A DNA stretch of 64,000 nt from the human T2T-CHM13v2.0 reference genome, Homo sapiens. How positions within the stretch are numbered: position 1 is the stretch's first letter; every line of letters begins with the position of its first letter. Of this stretch, positions 1 through 21,613 are shown in pieces. A program made the position numbers and the translations under genes. The stretch is from NCBI RefSeq assembly GCF_009914755.1, contig NC_060943.1; one strand, given 5' to 3'. The notes beneath the pieces are model-generated. The model did not search any database, was not told the DNA's origin, and worked only from the letters and a program-made list of their open reading frames with translations.

Positions 1-87
1 GACTGGAACGGAGGGAGTGGCTGAGGCCGGCACATATTTGGGAGAGGAGGATTTCAGGGAAAGAGAAGGGCAGGTTCAAAGCTTTGA

Positions 88-1311
<1,224 letters not shown>

Positions 1312-1351
1312 TAGGGCCTGGCTCATGGAGGGTGCTCGGTAGATGCTTGTT

Positions 1352-3306
<1,955 letters not shown>

Positions 3307-3607
3307 TCAGGACCCCATTTGACAGACGTGTAAACTGAGACCTGCAGCCCATGCCCGTGCGCCTCTCAGCAGCCGTCTGGCTTCAGCGCTGTGCCCTGAA
3401 CCCCTGCACCAAACCACAGCCAGGCCAGAGAGCCAGGGCAGGGTTTCTGTTCTCACACAGATGCAGGAAGGACGCACAAGCCCCCCTTTGATTAATTTAG
3501 GACCTGTGCAGATGCCCGGGACAGGTAGCGGGAGAAGAGGAAGCAGGAGGGAAGGGGTACTGTGGACAGCTGGCTTTTCTTTACTCACCTCTCTGGTTTT
3601 CTTCCAG

Positions 3608-3865
3608 ATCCTCCCAAGAAGGTGACCACAGTGATTCAAAACCCCATGCCGATTCGAGAAGGAGACACAGTGACCCTTTCCTGTAACTACAATTCCAGTA
3701 ACCCCAGTGTTACCCGGTATGAATGGAAACCCCATGGCGCCTGGGAGGAGCCATCGCTTGGGGTGCTGAAGATCCAAAACGTTGGCTGGGACAACACAAC
3801 CATCGCCTGCGCAGCTTGTAATAGTTGGTGCTCGTGGGCCTCCCCTGTCGCCCTGAATGTCCAGT
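3608..3865 (+). CDS. CD22: CD22 coding exon (Ig domain 5)
   Basis: ttccag|ATCCTCCC and T|gtgagt; 258 nt; PPKKVTTVIQNPMPIREGDTVTLSC... Confidence 0.96.
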
Positions 3866-4069
3866 GTGAGTCCCTGGGCTAGGCAGGGGGATCTGGGAGG
3901 TGGCCCGGCTGGGATGAGGGGATGAAGGCAACGAGGCCGGAGCCTGGGCCAGTGTCTTCAACAGAATTGAGGGACAGGAGCCTGGCGTCAGGGCCAAGGG
4001 GAGGGGAGGCCTGGGGACAGCAAAAGGGACAGGGAGCGGAGAGGTCAGCTTGGGACCCTTGCCCTCCAG

Positions 4070-4333
4070 ATGCCCCCCGAGACGTGAGGGTCCGGAAAAT
4101 CAAGCCCCTTTCCGAGATTCACTCTGGAAACTCGGTCAGCCTCCAATGTGACTTCTCAAGCAGCCACCCCAAAGAAGTCCAGTTCTTCTGGGAGAAAAAT
4201 GGCAGGCTTCTGGGGAAAGAAAGCCAGCTGAATTTTGACTCCATCTCCCCAGAAGATGCTGGGAGTTACAGCTGCTGGGTGAACAACTCCATAGGACAGA
4301 CAGCGTCCAAGGCCTGGACACTTGAAGTGCTGT
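4070..4333 (+). CDS. CD22: CD22 coding exon (Ig domain 6)
   Basis: ctccag|ATGCCCCC and T|gtgagt; 264 nt; APRDVRVRKIKPLSEIHSGNSVSLQC...AGSYSCWVNN. Confidence 0.96.
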
Positions 4334-4337
4334 GTGA

Positions 4338-5162
<825 letters not shown>

Positions 5163-5543
5163 TAAAGCCCTGGGATTAGAGCCATGAGCCACTGTGCCTC
5201 TCCCTGTTTCCTCTCATGCTCCTCTCTGGCCCTGTCTGCTCCAGTGACTTCCCGAAAAGCCTTCCAGACCAGCTGGCCCCTTCTTCCCCACCTCACTGTC
5301 CCCTTTCCCATTCACACCCCTTGCTCCAGGCCATCTGCCGCTGTGCTGGAGGAGTCGTCTTGTCCTGCGTCACCAGTCTCTCTTTTTCTACCTCCCCTGC
5401 AGTCTCTCCTGCCTCCCTCTAGGGTCCCCTCTCAGGCTGCTCCACCTTCCAGAAGTCCTGAGCTCCTACTGGGTCCCTGTCTCTCTCTCTCTGACTACTC
5501 TGTCTCTCTCAGCCCTGACAGGCTCCTTGTTTTTATCTTTTAA

Positions 5544-5813
<270 letters not shown>

Positions 5814-6306
5814 TGAGCCACCGCACCCGGCTGATTTTTTTTTTTTTTTTTTGAGACAGGGTCTCACCCTGTTGCACAGGTTGGAGTGCAGTGGCACAAT
5901 CTCAGCTCCTGCAGCCTCGACCCCCTAGGCTCAAGTGATACTCCTGCCTCGGCCTCCACAGTAGTAAACTTGAGTGGTTTTTAAACAGATCATACAAGCA
6001 CCTGGTAAAAAAATAAAATGTAAGCATGAAAGGGTAAATAGTGGAAAGACAGACGCGGCTCACTCTTGATCCCTGAGAACTCTCATCCCCACCAAAGGTC
6101 CTCACTGCACACAGTCTTCCCATCTCACTGCACACAGTCTTCCCATCTCCTCCAGGGGTATTTTTCACACGCACAATTCACACACAGAGGTCTGTGCCTA
6201 TATACCCTTCCTCATGACACAGACGAGGCAGAGCCCACACTTTGCCTGGGAATTTTCTTTGCTTTTTTCCATGTAATAATACTGTTTGGACATTGTTCTG
6301 TATCTA

Positions 6307-6444
<138 letters not shown>

Positions 6445-6713
6445 TCATAGCAAGATCTCATCTCTACAAAAAATACCAAAAAAAATTTTAAAAACGAACA
6501 AACAAAACAATAACAACAACAAAAAAGAGTCTGAAAGCATATGGAAGATACCTAATTAATTTATTGTACTTTTTCAGATTAATAATTGGAAACATGGCCT
6601 TAAATTGAGGGAACCTGACCAGGCACAGTGGCTCACGCCTATAAACCCAGCACTTTGGGAGGCCAAAGTGGGTGGCCACAAGCACTTTGGGAGGCCACAA
6701 GGTGGGTGGATCA

Positions 6714-6937
<224 letters not shown>

Positions 6938-7560
6938 TCAGTCAATCTAGGGAACCATCACCAGCACGGCCGAAGGCCAAAGGAAAACATCTGAAACATG
7001 TTATCTGGAAATGTAACAGACACATCCCATCATATAAAACCATTGTTCCCTGGGTATCCCCTTTGCAGACAGCCTGAGAGCCTCCTCTTTTTCCTGGGGC
7101 CATGGAGTCCTCGCGTATGAAGGTTGCATACATCCTCCTCCCAGTGCCCTCTTCAGGGCCTAGGTCTGCAGCCTCTTGTTTTGGGCACGCCTGCAAGGAC
7201 AGTTGCAAGATGCATTCCCATGTGGAATTGCTGGGTGGAAGACAGGTGCACTTTCAGAGCTGATCACACAGCTATACTGCCGTGAAGAGCTGCACCCATT
7301 TATGCGGGTGCGGGTCACAGGCTCTGGGCGTGCCACGTCTGTGGGAAAAGCAGCTCCTCAGGAGAATTAGTGCCTTATTCCTAAAGGGAGGCCCAGAGCA
7401 AGCAGGGGCCATTGTCACCCTCTTCCTCTGCACCCCTGCACGCATGCAGGGGAGAAGGACGAGTCTGGCTGCAGAGAGAAGTCCAGGATGCCTTCCAGGC
7501 AAAGGCTGCCAGGGAGAGCTGGCCCCTCAGTTGATTAAGGTCTCTCCTTTCTCCACCCAG

Positions 7561-7657
7561 ATAGCCCGGAGACCATCGGCAGGCGAGTGGCTGTGGGACT
7601 CGGGTCCTGCCTCGCCATCCTCATCCTGGCAATCTGTGGGCTCAAGCTCCAGCGACG
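7561..7657 (+). CDS. CD22: CD22 transmembrane exon
   Basis: cccag|ATAGC and CG|gtgag; 97 nt; [32 protein letters not shown]. Confidence 0.95.
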
Positions 7658-7774
7658 GTGAGCTCCTGCCATCCCCCACCACCTCCTCTATCCCTTGGCA
7701 GAGGCCCGTGTCCAGTTGCTCCATCTCGAAGCCTCCAGCCTGTGGAGTCCCTGACCCTCACACATGTGTCTTTA

Positions 7775-8333
<559 letters not shown>

Positions 8334-8359
<26 letters not shown>

Positions 8360-8452
8360 CCCCCACTCCCTGGGATGCTACAATCCAATGATGGAAGATG
8401 GCATTAGCTACACCACCCTGCGCTTTCCCGAGATGAACATACCACGAACTGG
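8334..8452 (+). CDS. CD22: CD22 cytoplasmic exon (exon 12; ITIM ISYTTL)
   Basis: cccag|GTTAGA and GG|gtactg; 119 nt; VRRAPLSEGPHSLGCYNPMMEDGISYTTLRFPEMNIPRT. Confidence 0.95.
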
Positions 8453-8882
8453 GTACTGAGGGTACCAGGAGGGTGACCCTGCACCCTGGGAGGGAGGCGG
8501 GAGGAAAAGCTCTGTCCCGCCTGCCCTCTTTGTGCCAGGCCCATGCCAGGCACCCTGATACATGCTCTGCCTCATTCCCACTCGGCAACAAGCCTCTGGG
8601 TAAGGGCCAGTCTCCAGAAGTGGACCTGCTCCTTCAAGTCAGCAGCACACATGCCCAGTCCGTTCTTATCACAAAGATCAAGACCTCATGATACACACCC
8701 ACGCCTACTCCCTCCACGCACATTTGCACGAGCTCCTACTGTGAGCTTTGGGCACTGGGGAGGCCACAGGTTTTACATAAGGGGCTGAGGTTGGGGTGCT
8801 GTTGGGGGCTCTGGGTGTTGAGAGGGAGGAGAGTTCGTGGGAGATGCTTCATGCGTGGTCGTCTATCTGCCCTGTCTCTCAG

Positions 8883-8967
8883 AGATGCAGAGTCCTCAGA
8901 GATGCAGAGACCTCCCCCGGACTGCGATGACACGGTCACTTATTCAGCATTGCACAAGCGCCAAGTG
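8883..8967 (+). CDS. CD22: CD22 cytoplasmic exon (VTYSAL motif)
   Basis: tctcag|AGATGCA and GTG|gtaagg; 85 nt; DAESSEMQRPPPDCDDTVTYSALHKRQV. Confidence 0.95.
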
Positions 8968-9297
8968 GTAAGGAGGGTCTCCCCAGGTCTCCCCAGAGGG
9001 GCTGTGGAAGGCTGGGGACAGGGCCTGGCCTCAGTGGTGGGTCCCACATAGGAAGGAGTTGGGTAGGCATCCGTGGTGGCAGAGGTTGGGTGTTGGAGAC
9101 GGTTGCTCCGGCAGAGCTGGCCAGAGCCAGGCAGGTACCTCCAGGTCCTGGATGCCGGCCACAGCCAGTTTCCTGACACGAGGACACCCGCCTGGGCTTT
9201 TGGACCCCCGGGTGGAATGAAGGAGAGAATGCGGAGAAAAGCGGCGGTGGAGGCTGGCGACAGTGGGGCCAGGCTAACCACCATGCGGTTTTCTCAG

Positions 9298-9429
9298 GGC
9301 GACTATGAGAACGTCATTCCAGATTTTCCAGAAGATGAGGGGATTCATTACTCAGAGCTGATCCAGTTTGGGGTCGGGGAGCGGCCTCAGGCACAAGAAA
9401 ATGTGGACTATGTGATCCTCAAACATTGA
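9298..9429 (+). CDS. CD22: CD22 last coding exon (YENV, IHYSEL, VDYVIL motifs; stop TGA)
   Basis: tctcag|GGCGAC; GDYENVIPDFPEDEGIHYSELIQFGVGERPQAQENVDYVILKH* is the CD22 C-terminus. Confidence 0.97.
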   Translation, partial: GDYENVIPDFPEDEGIHYSELIQFGVGERPQAQENVDYVILKH

Positions 9430-9532
9430 CACTGGATGGGCTGCAGCAGAGGCACTGGGGGCAGCGGGGGCCAGGGAAGTCCCCGAGTTTCCCCAGACAC
9501 CGCCACATGGCTTCCTCCTGCGTGCATGTGCG

Positions 9533-9569
9533 CACACACACACACACACGCACACACACACACACACAC
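9533..9569 (+). repeat. (CA)n microsatellite in the CD22 3'UTR
   Basis: Interrupted cacacaca tract. Confidence 0.95.
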
Positions 9570-10061
9570 TCACTGCGGAGAACCTTGTGCCTGGCTCAGA
9601 GCCAGTCTTTTTGGTGAGGGTAACCCCAAACCTCCAAAACTCCTGCCCCTGTTCTCTTCCACTCTCCTTGCTACCCAGAAATCCATCTAAATACCTGCCC
9701 TGACATGCACACCTCCCCCTGCCCCCACCACGGCCACTGGCCATCTCCACCCCCAGCTGCTTGTGTCCCTCCTGGGATCTGCTCGTCATCATTTTTCCTT
9801 CCCTTCTCCATCTCTCTGGCCCTCTACCCCTGATCTGACATCCCCACTCACGAATATTATGCCCAGTTTCTGCCTCTGAGGGAAAGCCCAGAAAAGGACA
9901 GAAACGAAGTAGAAAGGGGCCCAGTCCTGGCCTGGCTTCTCCTTTGGAAGTGAGGCATTGCACGGGGAGACGTACGTATCAGCGGCCCCTTGACTCTGGG
10001 GACTCCGGGTTTGAGATGGACACACTGGTGTGGATTAACCTGCCAGGGAGACAGAGCTCAC

Positions 10062-10067
10062 AATAAA
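10062..10067 (+). terminator. CD22: CD22 polyadenylation signal AATAAA
   Basis: First AATAAA after the stop, ~630 nt downstream. Confidence 0.8.
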
Positions 10068-11049
10068 AATGGCTCAGATGCCACTTCAAAGAACCAGTGA
10101 ACTCTTTTCAGTCTGTGGAGTCAGAGTGGGGATGAGGAGAGGGGAAAGTCTTCATGGGGCCTGGGGGGAAGGAAATGGAGTCACAGTGGTTTACTGATCA
10201 AACCAGCAGATTAGAGAGTCTGGTGTCTTGTTAGGAAAAGCATACTGGCTTTGCAGACAGACAAACATGAGAACTTGAATCTTGATTCTTCGGCTTAACT
10301 AGCCCGGTGATCTTGGCAGGGCTCGCCAGCTTGCCTGAGTCTCGGCTTCTCCATCTGTAAAGTGGAGAGGGAAAGGCCACTGCCTACCACGCAGGTGGCC
10401 CACGATAGGAAGTGAGGCATCGTCTTCTATATGCTGGAGCCACATTGAGACCCAGCACAGAAGCCGAAAGTCCCCCAGAAAACCAACCTCCATCCTTTAT
10501 TTGCATTTTTCGAAGAATGTGAAAAGGGGAAGCCGATTCAAAACAGCTCTTCCCAAAAGTGACGCTACCCAATTCTTGCACAACCCATAGCTGCCAGAGA
10601 AAGTCTTGAAGACCAGCCACCCTGAGAAACCTCACAGCTTTTCTGTCATTCGAGGTCCTCTGCACCCGTTCTCTAATTCTGTTCACTGAATTCAGACTTT
10701 CCAGTTAGGTGTCCCAGCTCCCCTCTCCGCTTCTCGGGTTTGATCTTTCTCCACCCATTCACCTGCTTCTGCAAAGGGGCTAAAGCCCATTCTCCTTAGA
10801 GGGCAGGGGTGTAATTATCTGATCATCAGGGAGATTGGCTCCTGGCACGTGGCAGGTGTCCCCAAACTGCCACCTTCCTCTCCCACCTTCCTTTCCCTCC
10901 CATCTCTGCTCAGTACCCGGACGGTAACTCTAGGAATTATGGTTCAGGGAGGCCTTGATCGCCCCATCAATCCACTTTGTCCCTGGTTTGATTCTCGTGA
11001 GCACCATTAACTTTTCTGGAGGAAGGTGAGGCTTTAAGAACTGTTTAAA

Positions 11050-11354
<305 letters not shown>

Positions 11355-13909
11355 TTAAATGAGACAGGAGGGTGTTGGGGTGTCTGTGCCCAAAATGGGG
11401 TCTGGTGTCATTCAACTCTTTCTTCATTCATTCTGCACACAGATACTGAGCACCTGGAAATGCACCCAGTACAGAGCCAGTTGTTAGGACACCAAAAAGA
11501 TAAGGCGTAGGACCAACCTTGGGGATCTCTAGTCGAGAGCCGCCAAGGGTTTTTAAGGCCAGATACCCTGGAGGGAGCTGAGGCAGTCCTAAGCCTGAAG
11601 GGCCTGGCTTAAGCTCCCTGGCAACCATCGAGCATCTTCCCCTTCCCACCCTGTCCCTCAGCACAGCTGCTGACATAAACCTACTACATGGCTGATTGAC
11701 CATGAGATATGGCCATCAATAGACATTGCTGAGGCGTGAAGAGCAGGTGAAGAGCAGGTGGCCAGGAAGCTAGGGGGCCAGGACTCCAGACGCAGGCCGC
11801 CCTCCACAACCCCAGCTCTCACAGTCCTCCCAGGGTCCAGACAATGGATCGTGCATTTAGGTTCCCAAACACCTGCTGTGCAACGTGTAGTAGACAAAGC
11901 AGACCAAAGCCTTTGCCCTCAGGAGGCCGGCATTCTAGCTCAGGAGCCAGCCAAGACGATGTCGCACTGAAGAAAGACAACAAAAGTGAGATTCACAGGA
12001 GGGATGAGTGTGGCTGAGGCACCCGGGAAGGCCCTCGGAGAAGGTGACCTTGGGCAAAGATCCAGACGCCAGGTGGGTGGGGCCAAAGCAGAGAAGATCT
12101 GGAAAACCCAATGGCTCCCCAGGGCTTCGCTCTTGCTGCAGGAGGGGAAACCACACTGCTGTGGATTCTTCCTCCATTCTGTCCATTTCTCAGTTCCCAA
12201 CAACACACTGAACAGTAGGAGGCCAGTTCTCCGCTCACAGCGGGCGCTGCACCCCAGGTGCTGCTCTCGAGAAAAAGGCGAGCATGGACCAATTTAGTGG
12301 CTCCGAGGTATGAAAAGCAGTGAGATGGTGTCTTTGAGGGAGTTAGTGATAGGCTGAGACCCCCTTGCTGTCCCCCCTGAAGCCTGGTGACCAGAGCTGC
12401 CAGGAGGCCACACAGAGAGAGGTTTATGATGGGGGACCTGGAATTCGGAAGGGGCAGAGTGGTCAGGTGACCCATACACGCCTGAGAAAACTGATGTGGA
12501 GAGCTGTGTTGTCATTCTGAGGCAGGAAATAGAGACAGACTGACAGACAGACAGAAAGACACGGGCACATTGAGAGACAGAGACAGAATCACAGAGCAGA
12601 GCTGGCTTCTCACCAGCAGGCGTGGGCACACCTGAGAGAGCATCCAGAGAGGTTAGAAATCTTCCTTAGGTCCTCCTGGGAGGCTCAGGTGACCCCAGTG
12701 GGAAACATGAAAGGCTGGGAGGACTTCCAGGGCTGAGAGAAGGAAGCTACGCAGCCGGCCGGTGCCACATTCCCTGTGCCTTGGGGAGTGTCCCCCAGTG
12801 TCCCCAGCCATGCACCCTGGGGGGAGTCGGCTTGGACATCTGTGCCACCCCTTGACAGGCAGAGTGGGGGCCACAACCTGGGCCCTCCAGTGCTGGTCAG
12901 CAGAGGCTGCCCCCGCCCCTTGCCTTCCTCCTCCCGCTCCTTCCTCCAGCCCTGGGAAGGTCGGAAGCCACCACCATGGGGCTAGTGCGGAAGCAGAGGG
13001 AGAACAGAGGGGCCCTCCTCGCAAAAACTAAAACAAGCCCACAGCCTGTGCAGAACCGCACCCGGGTGTGATCACTCCTTACCCCACACACCCACTGCCA
13101 CTTGGAGATGGCTTCATGGCTGCAGTCACAGGGCACCCTGTGTTGTCAGGGGTGAGCCAGTGAGGCCCGGGACCTGCCCAGGGGTGCATCAAGGGTGGAG
13201 AAGACCTGGCCCCAGCGCAGGTGTGAACAGGCAGGAGGGCTGGGGAGGGAATAGCGCTGGGTTGTGGCCGAGCCCCCAAGCCCTGCTCTTGAGAGGCACT
13301 GGCTACACACTCGGCCCCTACCCAGACAGGACCCCAATTCCTCCCTGGCCCCTCTGTGTTCCTGCATCTTCCCAGCCCCTCACCTCCTCTGGCGTGGCCT
13401 CACCTCCAGCCGGGATGCCCCATTAGCTGCTCACCCAAGCTGCTAGAACCTCAGGCTAATGGCCCTGTCACCCGCCCTCCTCCCCTTCCGGCTCACTGCC
13501 CATCCCGGGCATCCTCCATCAGCCCGCTGAGGGGACTGCTGAGCCTCAGAGACATCTGGCAGCACCAGGAGGTGGGTCCCTCTCTCTGTGGCTCCTCTCT
13601 TCACCTGACTGTTCCCCAGACCCCCAGACCCCCTGCCCAGGTGGCCCCTGAGAACTGCTAAGCTCAACCGTGACATGGATGGGGCCTAGCTGACCCTTGG
13701 GCTCTCCCTGGGGGACCCCCTTTTCCTGTCCCTGGCCACACCCTCACCTTATCCACACCCTTCTCCTCCCTGCTGCCCCGCCGGCTTTCCAATGTGGGTG
13801 GGGGGTGGGGGCAGCTCCTGCCTTGCCAGGGAACCAGGGAGGGCAGTGGGCTCAGGAGTCAAACTCCCATTCCCAGGGAAGGCTCAGGCTGTGGGCCCAG
13901 CCCTGTTCT

Positions 13910-13937
13910 GAATTCTCTCCACCCCTCCTCCCCACAG
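13910..13937 (+). promoter_or_regulatory. FFAR1: Putative splice acceptor of an FFAR1 5'UTR intron
   Basis: ttctctccacccctcctccccacag ~347 nt before the ATG; candidate donors at 13152 (gtgagc) or 13221 (gtgtga); retained in the unit B copy (AG at 26385-26386). Confidence 0.45.
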
Positions 13938-14284
13938 AGTCTCAGAAATCGAGAAGCTTTCTTCCTCTGGGACCTGTGCGCCACATCCTATCTCCTGTGA
14001 CGCTGCAGGAGCTTCCCTGGTTTTAAGAGGTGACATGGTGGAGAGAAAGCACAGGACTGGGGGCCACAGGTCCTGGCTTCTCATCCAGGCTCCGCTGCTC
14101 CCTGACTGCTGCCTTTCTCTGTGGGCCTCGTTTCCTCCCTGATCCCACCAGGTGAATTGTAATTCTCCACACAGGGCTGGAACCCGCGAGTGATCCCAGG
14201 AGCCCCTCCTCTCCGGGGCCCCAAGATCTGAGGACAGGGAGCCAGGTTGCACACAGGAGCCGTGCAGGCCAGGACGGCGGCCCC

Positions 14285-15187
14285 ATGGACCTGCCCCCGC
14301 AGCTCTCCTTCGGCCTCTATGTGGCCGCCTTTGCGCTGGGCTTCCCGCTCAACGTCCTGGCCATCCGAGGCGCGACGGCCCACGCCCGGCTCCGTCTCAC
14401 CCCTAGCCTGGTCTACGCCCTGAACCTGGGCTGCTCCGACCTGCTGCTGACAGTCTCTCTGCCCCTGAAGGCGGTGGAGGCGCTAGCCTCCGGGGCCTGG
14501 CCTCTGCCGGCCTCGCTGTGCCCCGTCTTCGCGGTGGCCCACTTCTTCCCACTCTATGCCGGCGGGGGCTTCCTGGCCGCCCTGAGTGCAGGCCGCTACC
14601 TGGGAGCAGCCTTCCCCTTGGGCTACCAAGCCTTCCGGAGGCCGTGCTATTCCTGGGGGGTGTGCGCGGCCATCTGGGCCCTCGTCCTGTGTCACCTGGG
14701 TCTGGTCTTTGGGTTGGAGGCTCCAGGAGGCTGGCTGGACCACAGCAACACCTCCCTGGGCATCAACACACCGGTCAACGGCTCTCCGGTCTGCCTGGAG
14801 GCCTGGGACCCGGCCTCTGCCGGCCCGGCCCGCTTCAGCCTCTCTCTCCTGCTCTTTTTTCTGCCCTTGGCCATCACAGCCTTCTGCTACGTGGGCTGCC
14901 TCCGGGCACTGGCCCACTCCGGCCTGACGCACAGGCGGAAGCTGCGGGCCGCCTGGGTGGCCGGCGGGGCCCTCCTCACGCTGCTGCTCTGCGTAGGACC
15001 CTACAACGCCTCCAACGTGGCCAGCTTCCTGTACCCCAATCTAGGAGGCTCCTGGCGGAAGCTGGGGCTCATCACGGGTGCCTGGAGTGTGGTGCTTAAT
15101 CCGCTGGTGACCGGTTACTTGGGAAGGGGTCCTGGCCTGAAGACAGTGTGTGCGGCAAGAACGCAAGGGGGCAAGTCCCAGAAGTAA
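14285..15187 (+). CDS. FFAR1: Free fatty acid receptor 1 (GPR40), 300 aa 7TM GPCR, intronless CDS
   Basis: [23 protein letters not shown]...GRY...NPLVTGY...GGKSQK; Arg183, Asn244 and Arg258 present. Confidence 0.99.
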   Translation: MDLPPQLSFGLYVAAFALGFPLNVLAIRGATAHARLRLTPSLVYALNLGCSDLLLTVSLPLKAVEALASGAWPLPASLCPVFAVAHFFPLYAGGGFLAALSAGRYLGAAFPLGYQAFRRPCYSWGVCAAIWALVLCHLGLVFGLEAPGGWLDHSNTSLGINTPVNGSPVCLEAWDPASAGPARFSLSLLLFFLPLAITAFCYVGCLRALAHSGLTHRRKLRAAWVAGGALLTLLLCVGPYNASNVASFLYPNLGGSWRKLGLITGAWSVVLNPLVTGYLGRGPGLKTVCAARTQGGKSQK

Positions 15188-15775
15188 CGCCACTGCTCGG
15201 GGGAAGGAGCATGGGGCAGGAGGGCCCGGCTGCTTCTCCAGGCCCCTGCGGGGGGCTGCTTCGGAGGAACTGCAGGGCAGCCTGGCCCGGAGGCCTCCCT
15301 GGAGCCACTCAAGCAGAGAGCGGCGCCTGCTGAGGGCAGCACCCCAGTCAAGAGAGGAGCACCGAGCCAGAGCACGGTGGCAGGGGGAGGTAAGTTTGCC
15401 CCTGCACGTGTCGAGGAAGTTTGTCCCTTCCTCGCCTATCTTTCTCTCCCCTCTGCACGTCCTCACCTGCCTGTCTTCCGTGGGCCGCGAGCAGAGGCCT
15501 TGTACTTACGGGAAGGAGGAGGCAGTCTGTTTCTGACCCACAGGAACTGCCACTCCGGTGATGCACTTGAGGACAGCTACTCTGAAATCAGTTCCCAGGA
15601 GAGAACATTTGATTTCCGAGTAGGAGAGGAGGCAGGAGGCAGGATAATGACGCTGTTATACCATGTGAAACTCGCAAGGGGGCAGCCTTGGAGCTTGGAA
15701 CGGAGGCTGGCAGGAAAAGATGCTTCAGCCGGGGAGGGAAAATGCAAGGTCCCGCAGTGATGGGCAAAGGCTACG

Positions 15776-17718
<1,943 letters not shown>

Positions 17719-19053
17719 TATAGTCTGTAATACGTGATGGGTGTCACGCTGAGTGTCTACAGTGAGTGTTGTCTCACTTCAGCTTCACACAACGCTGTGG
17801 TTTAGCCTTGCCACTGCCGTACGGATGAGCGGGTGTTCACTACACGAAGGTACTGGGCAGAGGAGCAAACACTGACTAAATTCTAGCCTGTGCTTTGCTC
17901 AACAAGCCACATGCCTGCCTTGCTTGCATCAAGGGAAGGAGTATTGTGTTCTAATTTGAAGAAATACACCAGCCACTCCTTAGGCAGCACTTGGTGCGGG
18001 ATGGGCTCCTCTGGAAAGGGAGCACCTAATTTGCACAAAGGTGCTGCACCAGGTAGCTACGATCCTGGAATGGGATGAAGAAACTTGCCTAAGGCCCTAC
18101 AGCAAGGAAGGGGTAAAAGCAGGATGTGATCCTTCCAAGCAGAACCCCCAAGAGCCAGGGGACATTTGGGAAACCTGGGGGTGTGGGGGTTAACCCTGTA
18201 TTTGTGGTCCATTTCGCAAAGGATAGCATCCCACATCCATGAGAGGGAGGTCAGAAGGGAGTGGCTGTGGCTGTGAAGGAGACAGACACCTGGGCACCTG
18301 CTCTAAATTACAGCAATGCCATGCACATGATGATGTATTGGAGCACAACAAATGGCAGCCACCAGCTGGGGTGCACGCACCAATTTCTACAAATGAGCTC
18401 TGTTCAGGCTGAAATGTCTACGCATGCAAGGATTTTTCTTGTAATTGATGATATATCCCCAGCGCCCAGAAGACAGAGTGGCACGCAGTAGGTGCTCAGT
18501 AAATGTTCGCTCAATGAATGAATGAATGCCTCTACTAGCCTTCCAAAGAAAGTTCTATGTCTGTTTTATCAATATGGAAACAGGCCAGAGAAATTAAGTA
18601 ACTTCTTTTGGAAGCCAGAAACAAGCCCGGCACTTGTGCAGTGACAACACCAGGGAATTTCAGTAAAAACCCAAACTCCACCCCAGGGAGCCCCAGTGCC
18701 TCCTCCCGCATCACAGGGTGCCAGGGCCCACTCTCTTTGACTCCTGCTCCATAGCCCCTGCTGGGTACTGGGCTGCTTCTCCCAGTTCCTCCTGCCTCCC
18801 CCCACTTAGGGCAAATCCAGTGCCTCCCTGGGGCCCAGGAGACTCAGTGTGATCCACCCCAGGCGCCTCTCACTCCTGTGAGACCCAAACCTCCTATCAG
18901 CTCCCCCAGCAGGCCAAGTCTGTGCACCCGTGACTCCCCTGCCCCAGTGTTCCCTCCAGTGGCTCTTTGCCTCTTCAGTATCCACGTCTTCATGATCCTT
19001 CCCCTACTCCATCCCCCAAGCCCTCACCACCAAATGTAATGTAAACAGCATGA

Positions 19054-20490
<1,437 letters not shown>

Positions 20491-21264
20491 GATTGTTTGA
20501 ATGAACTAATAGATCACCTGTGAAACTGGACAGCACTTGGGTTTGAACCCTAGTGGTGACATTTCACAAGCTGTATCACCTGGAGCAAGTCACTTCCCTA
20601 CGGTGAAGGACAAGGATTTTATGACATAAAAGCGTTGCCCTAGAAGCAGTGTCTGCTATGGATTATGTGCCCATGAAAAGGCAGCTGCTGTCATCATCGC
20701 CACCACCATTATTATTGTTATTATTATTACATTGTCACCCCAGAGATAATCCTGCACCAGTGACAGGGAAAATAGCAGCTGGCATCTGCTGCCTGCTCAC
20801 GACCACACGCCAGGCTTCCGTCAAACCACTCAACATGTATTAGTAATCTTTTAATCGACCTACATATTGTTTTAATTTGCATGTGTTAATGCGTTGATCT
20901 ATGAGATGGGTATTATGATGAGCTCTGTTCTGCAGGGGAGAAAGCAGAAACATGGAGAATTTAAGTCATTTCCCCCAAATCACAAAGTCAGGAAGAAACA
21001 GACCTCACGGAGCTCGCTCTCTGTCATTGCATCACACTTCCTGCCCTTACAAGGCAAATTGGATAAATGCCATTCTAGAGAAGCAGACAAAATTCAAGTG
21101 AAGAAGGGGAGAGGAAGACGTCGGCTGGGGCCTGCTTAGAGCATCCCAGCTGAGACTGCATGAGGAGGGAGGCACGCAGTTGTGGAATTTGTTCCCCTTT
21201 TAGCATGCTGACCAGCCCTGGCAACGGAGCTCAAGGCATCTATGTGCCACTGCTCAACAGTGAG

Positions 21265-21312
21265 TGACGTCATGGGCACGGCCAGGTCTTTATCAGTTCT
21301 GCCGGATAAATA
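21265..21312 (+). promoter_or_regulatory. FFAR3: FFAR3 proximal promoter: CRE palindrome, GATA site, TATA-like box
   Basis: TGACGTCA 21265-21272, TTATCA 21290-21295, ATAAATA 21306-21312, upstream of a short non-coding exon ending CAG|gtgagc at 21383. Confidence 0.6.
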
Positions 21313-21383
21313 GCCAACTGCACTAGGTCTGGAGAGACAGCAAGGTGCTGTGCGGCAGAGCATTTGGGGTCTCAAAGAAGCAG

Positions 21384-21613
21384 GTGAGCCTGGGCCCGAG
21401 GGGCTGGGTGGAGGAGCACCTTGGTGCTTCTCTGCTGGGGAAGGGACAGGGGACAGGGCATGCTCAGGAAGACAGGCAGGCTGACCCCGCCTGGAAGACA
21501 CCCAGAGACAAGAGGGGTGGGCGTAGTGACCTCGTGCCCTTTTAGGGGAGATGCTGCTGGCCAGAGGCCGTTAGGGCCCCCACTACCAACTCCATGTTAC
21601 TCTCTCTCACCAG
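21384..21613 (+). other. FFAR3: FFAR3 5'UTR intron
   Basis: gtgagc donor; ttactctctctcaccag acceptor, followed by Kozak GCCACCACCATGG. Confidence 0.75.

Noticed and set aside
14483-15099. Overlapping and antisense ORFs within FFAR1 (similar ones in FFAR3 and GPR42)
   Set aside because: Expected by-product of high GC content; no independent support
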